The notes: generated by a model not told the origin, from the letters alone. DNA of 64,000 nt from an uncultured delta proteobacterium (GCA_963794325.1 CAWCDG010000006.1:64001-128000); one strand, 5' to 3'. Shown: positions 1-10,564, counted from the stretch's first letter. Translations and numbers: made by a program.

Positions 1-1
1 G

Positions 2-268
2 CTTTCGAAAGTCGCGGACCGCCTCAACGATATCCTACGCCGGGTTTCCGGCACCGAGAAATCCAGCGAGTTGCGTTTCATCATCTACACCAACGATGTA
101 GGCCAAATACTGCTGTCGCCTGAAATCGGCGTCCCGTTGCACGAGGCGTGGCTGTACAAAAACCCCGAAGCATTGGCCAGCGTTCGCAAAGGACTCCAGG
201 ATGCGGCTGAAGGGAAGGTTCACAGTCTGGGATCGTTTGCTGAATTTGCCGACGACGAAATCGACTAG
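2..268 (+). CDS. Putative antitoxin (AbrB-like/small TA partner), 5'-truncated by window edge
   Basis: Frame is open from base 2. C-terminal EAWLYKNPEALASVRKGLQDAAEGKV motif is typical of small antitoxins, and it lies directly upstream of a RelE-like gene. Confidence 0.65.
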   Translation, partial: LSKVADRLNDILRRVSGTEKSSELRFIIYTNDVGQILLSPEIGVPLHEAWLYKNPEALASVRKGLQDAAEGKVHSLGSFAEFADDEID

Positions 269-280
269 CAGGCGAAAATT

Positions 281-580
281 TTGGCTTCGTATAAGTTGGA
301 GTTCTCGGATGAAGCCAAAGGTCAACTCGAACGGCTCTATGCGGAACCTGCTTTATCGAAACGTCTTAAGTCAGTTCGAAAGGCTCTCGGTTGTCTCGAA
401 ATCAATCCTCGGCATCCGAGTCTTCAAACCCACAAGTTCCAGAGTCTGAAAGGACCACACCACGAGGAAGTGTTTGAGGCCTACGCTGAAAACCGGGTGC
501 CTGCCGCGTATCGAATTTTTTGGTACTACGGTCCCACGCAAGGCAAGATTACCGTTGTTGCGATCACGCCACATCCATAG
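281..580 (+). CDS. RelE/ParE-superfamily toxin
   Basis: 99 aa: YKLEFSDEA...NPRHPSLQTHK...AYRIFWYYGP...ITVVAITPHP. Confidence 0.7.
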   Translation: MASYKLEFSDEAKGQLERLYAEPALSKRLKSVRKALGCLEINPRHPSLQTHKFQSLKGPHHEEVFEAYAENRVPAAYRIFWYYGPTQGKITVVAITPHP

Positions 581-616
581 ATACGAATTGCGATTGGTGT
601 TCGCTTGCGAGCTTCC

Positions 617-1069
617 ATGAAAGCAAAGATCTCAGTGCTGATGCTCGTGGCAACGCTCGCTGCCTGCAAAACCGCGCCGCTTTGCCCTGCCGGCACCAAG
701 CAGATGGGCGAGGGACCGCCTAACGGCTCCGAAGTCGCATGCGTCAAGACCGTCAACGGCCAGGACATCAAAGAAGGACCCTACGTACTCTACCGCGACG
801 ACGGTTCGAAAATGATGGTCGGCGAATATCACGACGGCAAGCAGAGCGGCGAATGGACCATGTGGTACGACAACGGCCAGAAGAAATCGATCGACCATTA
901 CAAGGAAGGCGTGCAGGACGGCGAGCACACCGGCTGGTACACCAACGGCAAAATCGCCGCGATCGGCATGTACAAGAACGGCAAGCGCGAAGGCGTCTGG
1001 AAGCGATGGGACCCCGAAGGATTCAAGAACTGGGAAGAGACCTATAAGGACGATCAGAAAGTCTCATGA
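617..1069 (+). CDS. MORN-variant repeat lipoprotein (YwqK-like)
   Basis: Lipobox LAAC and repeated G.W..WY.NG.K...G.YK.G units. Confidence 0.8.
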   Translation: MKAKISVLMLVATLAACKTAPLCPAGTKQMGEGPPNGSEVACVKTVNGQDIKEGPYVLYRDDGSKMMVGEYHDGKQSGEWTMWYDNGQKKSIDHYKEGVQDGEHTGWYTNGKIAAIGMYKNGKREGVWKRWDPEGFKNWEETYKDDQKVS

Positions 1070-1566
1070 CGGCTGACCGGCCGACCAACGTGAACATCCT
1101 CGACGCGGACCTGTCCCGCGCCGATCATCAGGAGGCGCTCGTCACGATGCTCGACGCCTACATGCGCGATCCTATGGAAGGCGGCGAGCCACCGTCCGAG
1201 CGCGTCAAACGTGACCTGGTGCCGGGCCTGCGCGCGCATCCGGCGTGCTACGTATTCCTCGCCTGGCGCGACGGTACTCCGGTCGGGTTCACGATCTGCT
1301 TCCTGGGATTTTCGACCTTCCTCGCGCACCCGCTCATCAACATCCACGATATCTTCGTCGATTCTTCAGTGCGCGGCCGCGGTATCGGCGCGATGCTGCT
1401 CGAACGAATCGAGGCCAAAGCGCGCGAGCTGAATTGCTGCCGGATCACGCTCGAAGTGCGCGAGGACAATCGCGTCGCACGCGGTCTCTATCGCAAAGTC
1501 GGTTTCGATCGCGTCATGGTGGGCGAGACGCGCATCCCGCTCGAGTTCTGGCACAAACCGCTATGA
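1066..1566 (+). CDS. GNAT family N-acetyltransferase
   Basis: NIHDIFV...RGRGIG acetyl-CoA motif and LEVREDN..ARGLY..VGF. Confidence 0.9.
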   Translation: MTADRPTNVNILDADLSRADHQEALVTMLDAYMRDPMEGGEPPSERVKRDLVPGLRAHPACYVFLAWRDGTPVGFTICFLGFSTFLAHPLINIHDIFVDSSVRGRGIGAMLLERIEAKARELNCCRITLEVREDNRVARGLYRKVGFDRVMVGETRIPLEFWHKPL

Positions 1567-1571
1567 GTCAG

Positions 1572-1685
1572 TCAGGCTGAACGTCGCCGCACAACATTTT
1601 CGATCGTCTCGAGCAGCGTCTCTGGCTCAACCGGCTTGCGCGAAAGTTTATCGGCCTTGATTGGCTTGCTGATTTCACCGACCAC
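1572..1685 (-). pseudogene. C-terminal remnant of a response-regulator receiver domain
   Basis: Minus strand reads VVGEISKPIKADKLSRKPVEPETLLETIENVVRRRSA*, matching the receiver KP-alpha5 end. No N-terminal part is present. Confidence 0.45.
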
Positions 1686-1687
1686 CG

Positions 1688-1722
1688 AAAAATGCGAGGG
1701 ATCCCTAAACGGAATCCCTCGC
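1688..1722 (-). terminator. Rho-independent terminator of the VOC gene
   Basis: GCGAGGGATTCC-loop-GGGATCCCTCGC followed by ATTTTT on the minus strand. Confidence 0.7.
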
Positions 1723-1734
1723 TTCGATTTCAGA

Positions 1735-2178
1735 TTATTGCTTCATGGCTGCGGCCATCCGCTTCTGCATCTCGTCGGGAGTCGGATCCTCTTTGTGCGT
1801 GGCCAGCGACCAGGTATTTCCGAACGAGTCCTGCACAGTCGCCATCCGGTCGCCCCAGAACTGATCGGTCGGTTGACTCACCGATTTGGCGCCCGCGCCG
1901 GTCGCGCGCTTGTACATCGAGTCCACGTCACTGACGTACACGTAAAATGAACTGGTCGTAGGACTGCCCTGCGTGTGCTCACTGAGCATCAACCGCGAAT
2001 TGCCGATGCTCACCTCGGCATGCATCACGGTGCCGTCCGGACCCGGCATTCGCATGACCTCCTCGGCGCCCAACGCCGATTTAAGGAAATCGATCATCTT
2101 CGCGACACCCTTCACGTTAATGAACGGAGTGACGGTATGGTACCCGTCGGGAATCGGTTTGACTGCTTTGCTCGCCAT
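1735..2178 (-). CDS. VOC/glyoxalase (PhnB-like) protein
   Basis: KPIPDGYHTVTP...MHAEV.IG.S.LML...DQFWGDR...D.FGN.W. Confidence 0.9.
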   Translation of the reverse strand: MASKAVKPIPDGYHTVTPFINVKGVAKMIDFLKSALGAEEVMRMPGPDGTVMHAEVSIGNSRLMLSEHTQGSPTTSSFYVYVSDVDSMYKRATGAGAKSVSQPTDQFWGDRMATVQDSFGNTWSLATHKEDPTPDEMQKRMAAAMKQ

Positions 2179-2301
2179 GACGATTACTCCTCTCGCGATT
2201 TTGAGTTAGAGAAAATTGCTCAGCACCTCGAGCGAGGATCGATCCTCAAATATCGCTGATGCATTTCGAGCGCAACCGGAGCGCAGAGTGTGTTTTATCT
2301 T

Positions 2302-2338
2302 GTTCCCCTTCCCGCTCGGGAAGGGGTTGGGGTTAGGT
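2302..2338 (-). repeat. Repeat family A copy (reverse orientation)
   Basis: GTTCCCCTTCCCGCTCGGGAAGGGGTTGGGGTTAGGT. Confidence 0.85.
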
Positions 2339-2355
2339 ATTCTGACTCAACCGCC

Positions 2356-2498
2356 ATGCCTGTTACACCAAGTCGCAAAGTTACTCGTGGCGGGCGGGGG
2401 TTCGGGTCCTCAGAATTCCGAACGACGGGATGCTCGATGTTGAAGCAGCAGTCGATTACATCAGGGAGGCGCTGGGACGAAAGCAACCTAACCCCTAA
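2356..2498 (+). pseudogene. Internally deleted DUF559 (Vsr-like endonuclease) remnant
   Basis: ATG at 2356 gives MPVTPSRKVTR. A second frame (2391-2498) reads RAGVRVLRIPNDGMLDVEAAVDYIREALGRKQPNP*, resembling the DUF559 C-terminus G.RVLRF.N...E.V...I..AL. Confidence 0.55.
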
Positions 2499-2528
2499 CC
2501 CCTTCCCATAGTGGGAAGGGGAACCGGA
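2485..2528 (+). repeat. Repeat family A copy
   Basis: AACCTAACCCCTAACCCCTTCCCATAGTGGGAAGGGGAACCGG. Confidence 0.9.
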
Positions 2529-2545
2529 TAGATCGCACCGCCAAT

Positions 2546-3566
2546 TTACAGCGTTCGGCCGACCGCTTCCGCAAGCGGCTTCAGCGTCTTCATCAGATCG
2601 GCGAAGCGCGATGGCTTCAACTGCTGGGGGCCGTCGGATAGCGCGGTCTCCGGCTTCGGATGCACTTCGATGAGCAGGCCGTCGGCGCCCGCTGCGATCG
2701 CCGCCAAGCGCCATCGGGGCAACCATCTTGTAGATTCCCGTGCCGTGGCTCGGATCGACCAGCACCGGCAGATGGGTCCATTCCTTGAGCAGCGGCACCG
2801 CGTTCAGATCGAGCGTGTTGCGCGTCGCCGTTTCGAAGGTGCGAATCCCGCGCTCGCACAGCACGACGTTGGGATTGCCCTCCGACAGAATGTACTCCGC
2901 CGCCATCATGAACTCTTCGAGCTTCATCGACATGCCACGCTTGAGCAGCACCGGCTTCTTGATTCTTCCGAGCCGCCGTAGCAACGAGAAGTTCTGCGCA
3001 TTGCGCGCGCCGACTTGCAGCATGTCGGAATGCTCGGCGACCGCGTCGATATCGTGCGGATCCATGATTTCGGTGACCACCGGCAATCCGACGCGACGGC
3101 CGGCATGTTCGAGCAATACGAGCCCCTCGTTTTCCATTCCCTGGAATGAGTACGGCGACGTGCGCGGCTTGAACGCCCCACCGCGCAGCGCATGAGCGCC
3201 CGCTGCTTTGACCGCGTCGGCCGCAGCCTCGATTTGCGCCTCGCTTTCGATCGCGCACGGTCCCGCGATCACCGCGATTCGCTTGCCACCGATTTCCATG
3301 CCGCCAACTTTGATCCGCGATCCTTCGGGCCGCACTTCGCGCGACGCCAGCTTGAACGACCGCACCACCGGCATCACGCGCTCGACACCCGCCACCGATT
3401 CGAGATGCGTCAGTTGATGCTTCTCGCCGCGCTCGTCGCCCACGCAGGCGACCACGGTGCGCTCGACGCCGCGGATAATGTGCGCGTTGTAATCGAGATC
3501 CTCGACCATTTTAGCTACGGCCTGAATCTCGGCTTCGGTGGCATGCGCTTTCATTACGACGATCAA
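2546..3566 (-). CDS. aroF: DAHP synthase class I-beta with N-terminal regulatory domain; +1 frameshift near 2706
   Basis: IAGPCAIE, GGAFKPRTSPYSFQG, LLKRG, LCERGIRTFE and DPSHGTG motifs. The true C-terminus AAIAAGADGLLIEVHP..ALSDGPQQL continues in another frame to TAA at 2546. Confidence 0.9.
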
Positions 3567-3693
3567 TTTAAGAAAACCTCCAGTAGGCTGCTCTGCTCCT
3601 TGCGATGGAATGGGTGAGCGAAGTCTAGTAATCCTTGACTCTACAGCATGTCTTCATCGACCGGAATCGACTGCATACGAGAGGGATCAGGCT

Positions 3694-4044
3694 TTGATTG
3701 AGTCGTCATGCACCTGCGGAGCGGTTCGCCTTCAGATCGCCAGTCCCCCGACCGAGCTGACGGATTGCAACTGCTCTATCTGCCGGCGCTACCATGCGCT
3801 CTGGGCGTACTACTCGCTCAAGGATGTGACCGTTCCAAGCGGACTGACCGATACGTATATGCGAGACCCGAAAAAGCTCGAATTCCACCGCTGCAAAATT
3901 TGCGGATGCGTCACTCATTGGGCGCCGTTGGACAAGACGCGGGACCGCATGGGAGTGAATGCGCGTCTCATGTTGCCGGAGATTCTATTCCAGGTTCGGG
4001 TGCGCCATCTCGACGGCGCGGACACCTGGAAGTTTCTAGACTAG
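3694..4044 (+). CDS. GFA/CENP-V family zinc-binding protein
   Basis: CTCGAV, CNCSICRR, FHRCKICG, MGVNAR. TTG start chosen after GAGGG. Confidence 0.85.
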   Translation: MIESSCTCGAVRLQIASPPTELTDCNCSICRRYHALWAYYSLKDVTVPSGLTDTYMRDPKKLEFHRCKICGCVTHWAPLDKTRDRMGVNARLMLPEILFQVRVRHLDGADTWKFLD

Positions 4045-4047
4045 TGA

Positions 4048-4827
4048 TTGAAGGACGTAATTTTGCCAGCTAAGCTGCCTCATCGCCCCCTCAGGCTCAT
4101 TCATACTTCCGACGTTCATCTCGAGACCGACACGTTCGGATCCGGCGAACGCGGCATCGAGTTGCGCGACAAGGTCCGCACTGCCTTCAGCCGCGTCATC
4201 GATATAGCCAACGAGCGCGCGGCCGACATGCTGCTGATAGTGGGCGACCTCTTCGATTCGGCGCGCGTCACTGAAGAGGGCCTCGCCTTCGCGATGGGCG
4301 CGATAGCGCGGGCGCAGATGCCGGTCGTGATGATTCCCGGAAACCATGACGCGCACGACGAGCGATCGATCTACGCAGGCCTCGCGCCCGGCGTGTTACC
4401 CAGGAATCTGCACCTGATTCTCGAGCCCGAGGGTCGAACGATCGCTTTTCCCGATCTGGCGGCTCGTGTATGGGGCCGCGCGCTGGTCGAGCACACTCCG
4501 GACTACCGCCCGATGAGCGGCGTGCCGGAGCCTGAGGAAGGTCGCTGGAACATCGCGCTCGCCCACGGATTTTTCATGGAGGAAGGCGAGATCGAGCGAT
4601 CGTCGCCGATCACGCCCGCCGATATCGAGCGCTCGCGGTACGACTACGTCGCGCTGGGCCACGTGCACGTGCTGAGCGACGTGTCGCAAGGCGCGACGCG
4701 CGCATTTTATTGCGGCACCCCGGCGCCGCTCTATTCGAGCGAAAATTCGGGATGGGTGCTCTGGGTGAATTGCGTACCCGGCCAGCCCCTCTTAATCGAA
4801 CGCCTGATGGTTGCGCAGGAACGTTAA
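4048..4827 (+). CDS. Calcineurin-like metallophosphoesterase (SbcD/Mre11-like)
   Basis: HTSDVH, GDLFD, PGNHD, AHG and LGHVH motifs. Confidence 0.85.
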   Translation: MKDVILPAKLPHRPLRLIHTSDVHLETDTFGSGERGIELRDKVRTAFSRVIDIANERAADMLLIVGDLFDSARVTEEGLAFAMGAIARAQMPVVMIPGNHDAHDERSIYAGLAPGVLPRNLHLILEPEGRTIAFPDLAARVWGRALVEHTPDYRPMSGVPEPEEGRWNIALAHGFFMEEGEIERSSPITPADIERSRYDYVALGHVHVLSDVSQGATRAFYCGTPAPLYSSENSGWVLWVNCVPGQPLLIERLMVAQER

Positions 4828-4849
4828 ATAAAATGGCCGGTTACTTATT

Positions 4850-5266
4850 TCAGCGCCCGGAAGCCGCCTCGTCGCGACGCCTGAGCTCAGGATACAACTC
4901 CGACAGCCGTCGCCACATCCGCTCCAGCCCGTAGCTGTCGAAAGGCTCGACAATACATTCGAGCGCACCCTCTTTCAGATAAACTCGATTGTCTTCGGGC
5001 GCCTGCGACGCGCTGACGATCACAACCGACGTCTCCGGCGACTCGCGACGAATCATCCGGAACAGCGACAACGCGTCGAGCCCGCTCGCACTGCGCAACC
5101 CGGCGTCGAGCGTGATCACGTCGGGACTGCAAGTTCGGAACAGGTCGATTGTTTGCGTAACCGTCTCGGTTTCCGCCACCACCTGACATCCCCCGCATTC
5201 GAGATGATTGCGCATGATGTCGCGGGAAATCCCCGAGCTATCCGCAATGAGCACTCGTACTGCCAT
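4850..5266 (-). CDS. Stand-alone atypical response-regulator receiver
   Basis: VRVLIADSS...PDVITLD...VVIVS...EGALECIVEPF. Confidence 0.8.
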   Translation of the reverse strand: MAVRVLIADSSGISRDIMRNHLECGGCQVVAETETVTQTIDLFRTCSPDVITLDAGLRSASGLDALSLFRMIRRESPETSVVIVSASQAPEDNRVYLKEGALECIVEPFDSYGLERMWRRLSELYPELRRRDEAASGR

Positions 5267-5343
5267 CAGCGGCTCCTCCATGGACGAGCACTGCGCCAGC
5301 CCAGTCCCCAAGGCGTCACAGCTGCAATCCGGTTGACCTATTT

Positions 5344-5360
5344 AGCAAGGGCGGGGCCAA
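5344..5360 (-). promoter_or_regulatory. Sigma54 -24/-12 promoter for the receiver gene
   Basis: Minus strand TTGGCCCCGCCCTTGCT (GG-N10-GC), about 80 nt upstream of the start. Confidence 0.55.
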
Positions 5361-5600
5361 GCGATGTGGGCGTCGAGCGCGTGCGTCCGACTCTGGGCGG
5401 ACTAGCCAAATGCGGTTCGCGGTCACTTATTTGACTATTTGGGCGCGATCCGATCCGCCGCCTTCTGATCGCTATTCACGATCACCGTTGCACGCAAGTG
5501 ATTTGTAGCATCGCGGTGACATCGTTCAGCGCTCTAATCCCTCGCCCGCTACTTCACTGAAGAGGTTGGGTGCGAGTTCTGGCTTCGGTCACGAACCGCC

Positions 5601-5636
5601 AAAAAACAGCGGCGGAGCCTCGATGGCCCCGCCGCT
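5601..5636 (-). terminator. groEL terminator
   Basis: AGCGGCGGGGCC-loop-GGCTCCGCCGCT followed by GTTTTTT. Confidence 0.8.
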
Positions 5637-5664
5637 ACTATCAGTCTCAGATTTGTTCCTCAGG

Positions 5665-7332
<1,668 letters not shown>

Positions 7333-7375
7333 TCAGTGATTGAAGCTTGAACTTGTGATGAGCCAGCGCGAATGG

Positions 7376-7666
7376 CTACTCGATGATTCCCAGGATGTCG
7401 TCCTCGCGCAGGATCAACAGGTCTTCGCCCTCGAGCTTGAACTCGCTGCCCGAATATTTGCCGAATAGAATTTTGTCCCCAGCCTTAACTTCGACCGGGA
7501 TGAGCTTGCCGTGGTCGTCGTACTTGCCTTTGCCGACGGCGACGATTTTACCTTCCTGCGGCTTTTCCTTGGCGGTATCCGGGATGATGATCCCACCTTT
7601 GGTCCGCTCTTCTTCCTTGACGCGCTTGACGAGAATTCGATCTCCCAGTGGCCTTAATCCTTTCAT
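7376..7666 (-). CDS. groES: Co-chaperonin GroES
   Basis: [11 protein letters not shown]...[18 protein letters not shown]. Confidence 0.99.
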   Translation of the reverse strand: MKGLRPLGDRILVKRVKEEERTKGGIIIPDTAKEKPQEGKIVAVGKGKYDDHGKLIPVEVKAGDKILFGKYSGSEFKLEGEDLLILREDDILGIIE

Positions 7667-7732
7667 TGGGAACCAGCAGCCTCCTTGGCTTACGAAAAAT
7701 TGTTGCTAGACGGGACGATTCCCGCCGTCGGA

Positions 7733-7760
7733 AAGCTAATTACTATCCGGGTTTTGTCAA
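7733..7760 (-). promoter_or_regulatory. Sigma70-type groESL promoter
   Basis: Minus strand TTGACA-N16-TAGCTT. Confidence 0.6.
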
Positions 7761-7787
7761 TTGGCACTCGGAACGTCTGAGTGCTAA
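7761..7787. promoter_or_regulatory. CIRCE element (HrcA operator)
   Basis: TTGGCACTC-N9-GAGTGCTAA, one mismatch to consensus, abutting the -35 of groESL. Confidence 0.92.
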
Positions 7788-7878
7788 CGACATCTTAGCG
7801 GGAAATTGAAGAATTGCAAGTCCTGTGGATAAGGCTGTGGATGGGCTCTGATCGCGGATCAAAGAATCAAACATTTTT

Positions 7879-7911
7879 GGTTCCCCTTCCCATAGTGGGA
7901 AGGGGGACCGG
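7879..7911. repeat. Repeat family A, hairpin-only copy
   Basis: GGTTCCCCTTCCCATAGTGGGAAGGGGGACCGG. Confidence 0.8.
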
Positions 7912-7917
7912 AAAAAA

Positions 7918-9076
7918 TTAAGGCAGCGAGCCGCGCTCGGTTGCTCGAATTCCATACGGGCCGAATACCGACTGTCGGTATTCGTCGTCGCGCGAGGCTC
8001 GTAGCAACGCGTCGCGGTCGCGCAGGATTCGCAGTTGCGCGCGGACGTAGTCGACCTGGCGATCGACCTCATGCCTGCGGCCTTCCACGTACAGCGAGAA
8101 TGCGCTCGCGGACAAGTCACCGCTGCGCAAAGCGTTGTCGGCAGCGACGGCTGCGAGGCGCCCGGTCCGGAGCGCGAATTCGTTGCCCTGACCGGTTATC
8201 GGCGAGAGATATCCCGCCGCGTCTCCCACCAGCAGGATACGGTCGCGTGCGACGGCGCTGACGCGATATCCCAGCGGCGCCATCGACCATTGCCGGCCGA
8301 CTCGCGGCTCGCGCATGACGCGCTCGTAGAGCCATCGATCATGATTCTTTGCGACTGATTCGTAAAATTCGATCGCGCCCAGACGGTCGCTCTGTTTCTC
8401 CGCGAGATCCGCTTCGAGAATGTACCGATAGAGCCCCGAGTCGAATCCGCGAGCCGCTGATCATCGCGCCGCGCTCGCCGTAGAGATGACGATCCCAGGT
8501 ATGAAGCGGCGTGCCGTCGAAGGACTTGAAGAAAACTGCTACGCCGATCTGCGAGAACTCAGGATCCTCGGACTTGAGATTCAGCGCGCGCAGCGACGGC
8601 GCGTAGCGGCCGCCCGCATCGATCAACATGCGTGCCGAGTACCGCTTGAAGTCGGCCGTGATTGCGATTGCAGCGTCAGCTCGAAACTCCAGAGCGGTGA
8701 CTCGAGCGTTCCAGACGAGGCGCCCGCCAACTTCGACCAGCTTGCGGCGCAATGCGGCGTTGAATCCGCCGCGATCCACCTGCACGGGACTGACCGGCGT
8801 CGCAATCGGATGATAGGTCCACGACAGATCGGGATAGACATTACGAAAGCCGGTGATGCGGTCGAGGACCCAGTCACCTTCGAACTTGACGCCGAGCTGC
8901 GCGCATTCGTTCTGCGTCGGCACGACCATCACTTCGCCCGACGTGATATCCTCGCCGTCTTCGCGCTCCTTGCGCTCGAGCGCGAGCACGTCGTATCCGG
9001 CAGCGCTCAGCCTGATCGCAGAAGCACACCCGGCCGGTCCGGCTCCAATTACGATTACGTCAGCGTCGAGATGCAT
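7918..9076 (-). CDS. FAD-dependent oxidoreductase (geranylgeranyl reductase/halogenase-like); +1 frameshift near 8439
   Basis: GAGPAG Rossmann motif, DRGGF and IDAGG in the 5' frame; LLVGDAAG...PITGQG in the 3' frame. Removing one base joins them as ..RIRPGLYRYILE.. Confidence 0.85.
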
Positions 9077-9138
9077 GATGGTTCACCGGCTGGGATCAAG
9101 AGCACGGTGCGGGACAAGGCACAAGCGCCGCGTGGTTA

Positions 9139-9459
9139 CTAAAAAGAAATCGGATGCCCGAGTTGCTCGGATATCGTCTCCGCCAGCCGCGGGAATAATT
9201 CGTGGCCGTCCTTGTCGTCGATCCAGAGACCGCGCGCCGGGTCCCAAGTGTAATGGAATCCGTGCGAGCCGGCGGCGAGCCACATCTGTTTCATCTGCGA
9301 TTGGCGCGACAGGATAAACTTCGCGCCGTCTGCGAACTCGATCGTCACGACGCCGTCGGCGGTGGTGTAATCCACTTCGTCAGGATCGAGGTCCTCGAGC
9401 CACTTCGCGACCTTGCTCAAGGCGGCATCGGAGCGTTCGCGAAATTCGTTATCGTCCAT
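9139..9459 (-). CDS. cyaY: Frataxin-like iron donor CyaY
   Basis: Acidic N-terminal helix, DGVVTIEF.DG.KFILSRQ...QMWLAA..GFHY.W. Confidence 0.88.
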   Translation of the reverse strand: MDDNEFRERSDAALSKVAKWLEDLDPDEVDYTTADGVVTIEFADGAKFILSRQSQMKQMWLAAGSHGFHYTWDPARGLWIDDKDGHELFPRLAETISEQLGHPISF

Positions 9460-9484
9460 GGACGGGGATTGTATCAACGCGAGG

Positions 9485-9592
9485 AACCTAACCCCTAACC
9501 CCTTCCCGCGCGGGAAGGGGAACCAGAAGGGTTTCGTTGGAAGCGCGCCGTCCTATCCCCCTCGCCCCCTTTCCGATGCGGAAAGGGGGAAC
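9485..9592 (+). repeat. Two tandem family A copies (9485-9524 canonical, 9552-9592 variant)
   Basis: AACCTAACCCCTAACCCCTTCCCGCGCGGGAAGGGGAACC and CCTATCCCCCTCGCCCCCTTTCCGATGCGGAAAGGGGGAAC. Confidence 0.85.
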
Positions 9593-9686
9593 AGATCAGA
9601 AAATTCACAGGAGTGTCATCACACCCTGTCCCCCTCAAGAACCTCAGAGCGAAAGGTCGTCCTCGACATTTCGCGATTTCTTATCA

Positions 9687-9712
9687 CTGGGTGCAGGGGT
9701 CACCCCTGCCGC
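9687..9712 (+). repeat. Repeat family B copy
   Basis: CTGGGTGCAGGGGTCACCCCTGCCGC; the same sequence occurs at 19286 and at 31945 (reverse). Confidence 0.85.
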
Positions 9713-9770
9713 GGAAGCGTGAAACCCGCGGAGGGTTTCACATTTAATAAAGTGATTTACCCTTCCCGAT

Positions 9771-10049
9771 TCACCGCTGCGGGCCTTTCTTTCTCATCTC
9801 TTCGTCGCGGTAGCGTTTGTACAGAAGCGTCCATTCGTTGGAGCCTTCGACGATGCCGCGTTTGATCGAATTGATCTTGCGCCGCACGATCGCGTCGATC
9901 TCATCGCCCTGCTCGTTGAATTGGGCGACGATTTCGCGCGCCTGCCGGAGTGCGAGCGGGAAGTTTGAGATCTCGGCGAGTCCCTCATCGCGCAATTTTG
10001 CCAGCGACTCGCGCGCCAGGAACAGGACTCGTGCTTCGGTGAGCTTCAT
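9771..10049 (-). CDS. DUF507 family protein
   Basis: IDAIVRRKI.S.KR.IVEGS.EW..LY..Y..EE motif. Confidence 0.8.
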   Translation of the reverse strand: MKLTEARVLFLARESLAKLRDEGLAEISNFPLALRQAREIVAQFNEQGDEIDAIVRRKINSIKRGIVEGSNEWTLLYKRYRDEEMRKKGPQR

Positions 10050-10052
10050 TTT

Positions 10053-10328
10053 TTAGAGCGTGAAGTTTTTCTTCTCAGCCAGGCGTTGGCGAATCAAGTT
10101 CCGGAGGCGCGTGACGTCGAGGCGTGTGTCGCGGCGCGCTTCTGCCTCCGCCATTTTGTCGGCCTCTTCGTCAATTTGCGCTTCGGTCTCGAAATTCTCC
10201 GACATCAGCTCAGTCACGCACGCGACCAGTTCCTTGACGTCGGCCTTGGGCTTGATAACGCCGCGATCGATCAGCCCGTTCACGAGATGCGTCGCGAGCG
10301 CGTCGATCTGAGCTTCTCGAATCGCCAT
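10053..10328 (-). CDS. DUF507 family protein (paralog)
   Basis: E..IDEEA.KM...IRQRLAEKKNFTL; tandem with the preceding gene. Confidence 0.75.
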   Translation of the reverse strand: MAIREAQIDALATHLVNGLIDRGVIKPKADVKELVACVTELMSENFETEAQIDEEADKMAEAEARRDTRLDVTRLRNLIRQRLAEKKNFTL

Positions 10329-10422
10329 ACGATTACAGCTTGACGGGATCGAGTGTGTTTTGTCAAAAGCGTTTCTGCGATCAGGCGAGGAATATCCGGT
10401 GTGTGTCGAATGAAAGCCGCCG

Positions 10423-10537
10423 ACCTAACCCCTAACCCCTTCCCATAGTGGGAAGGGGAACCGGAATGAAAAAATCGCTCGCTCCCATAACGCGATTGCT
10501 CCCCCTTTCCTCGAGGGAAGGGGCCGGGGGTTAGGTT
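10423..10537. repeat. Inverted pair of family A copies (10423-10464 +, 10500-10537 -)
   Basis: ACCTAACCCCTAACCCCTTCCCATAGTGGGAAGGGGAACCGG ... CCCCCTTTCCTCGAGGGAAGGGGCCGGGGGTTAGGTT. Confidence 0.85.
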
Positions 10538-10564
10538 GCTCGAATCCAGCGCCTCCCCGGCAGC

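Noticed and set aside
2295-2545. Apparent C-terminal extension of AroF to 423 aa
   Set aside because: Artefact of the frameshift reading through the repeats; the true end is at 2546.
4048-4827. sbcD of an SbcCD or defence system
   Set aside because: Short nuclease domain only, with no adjacent SMC/ATPase gene.
7800-7880. Possible oriC
   Set aside because: Only one perfect DnaA box, no clear DUE and no dnaA/dnaN neighbours.
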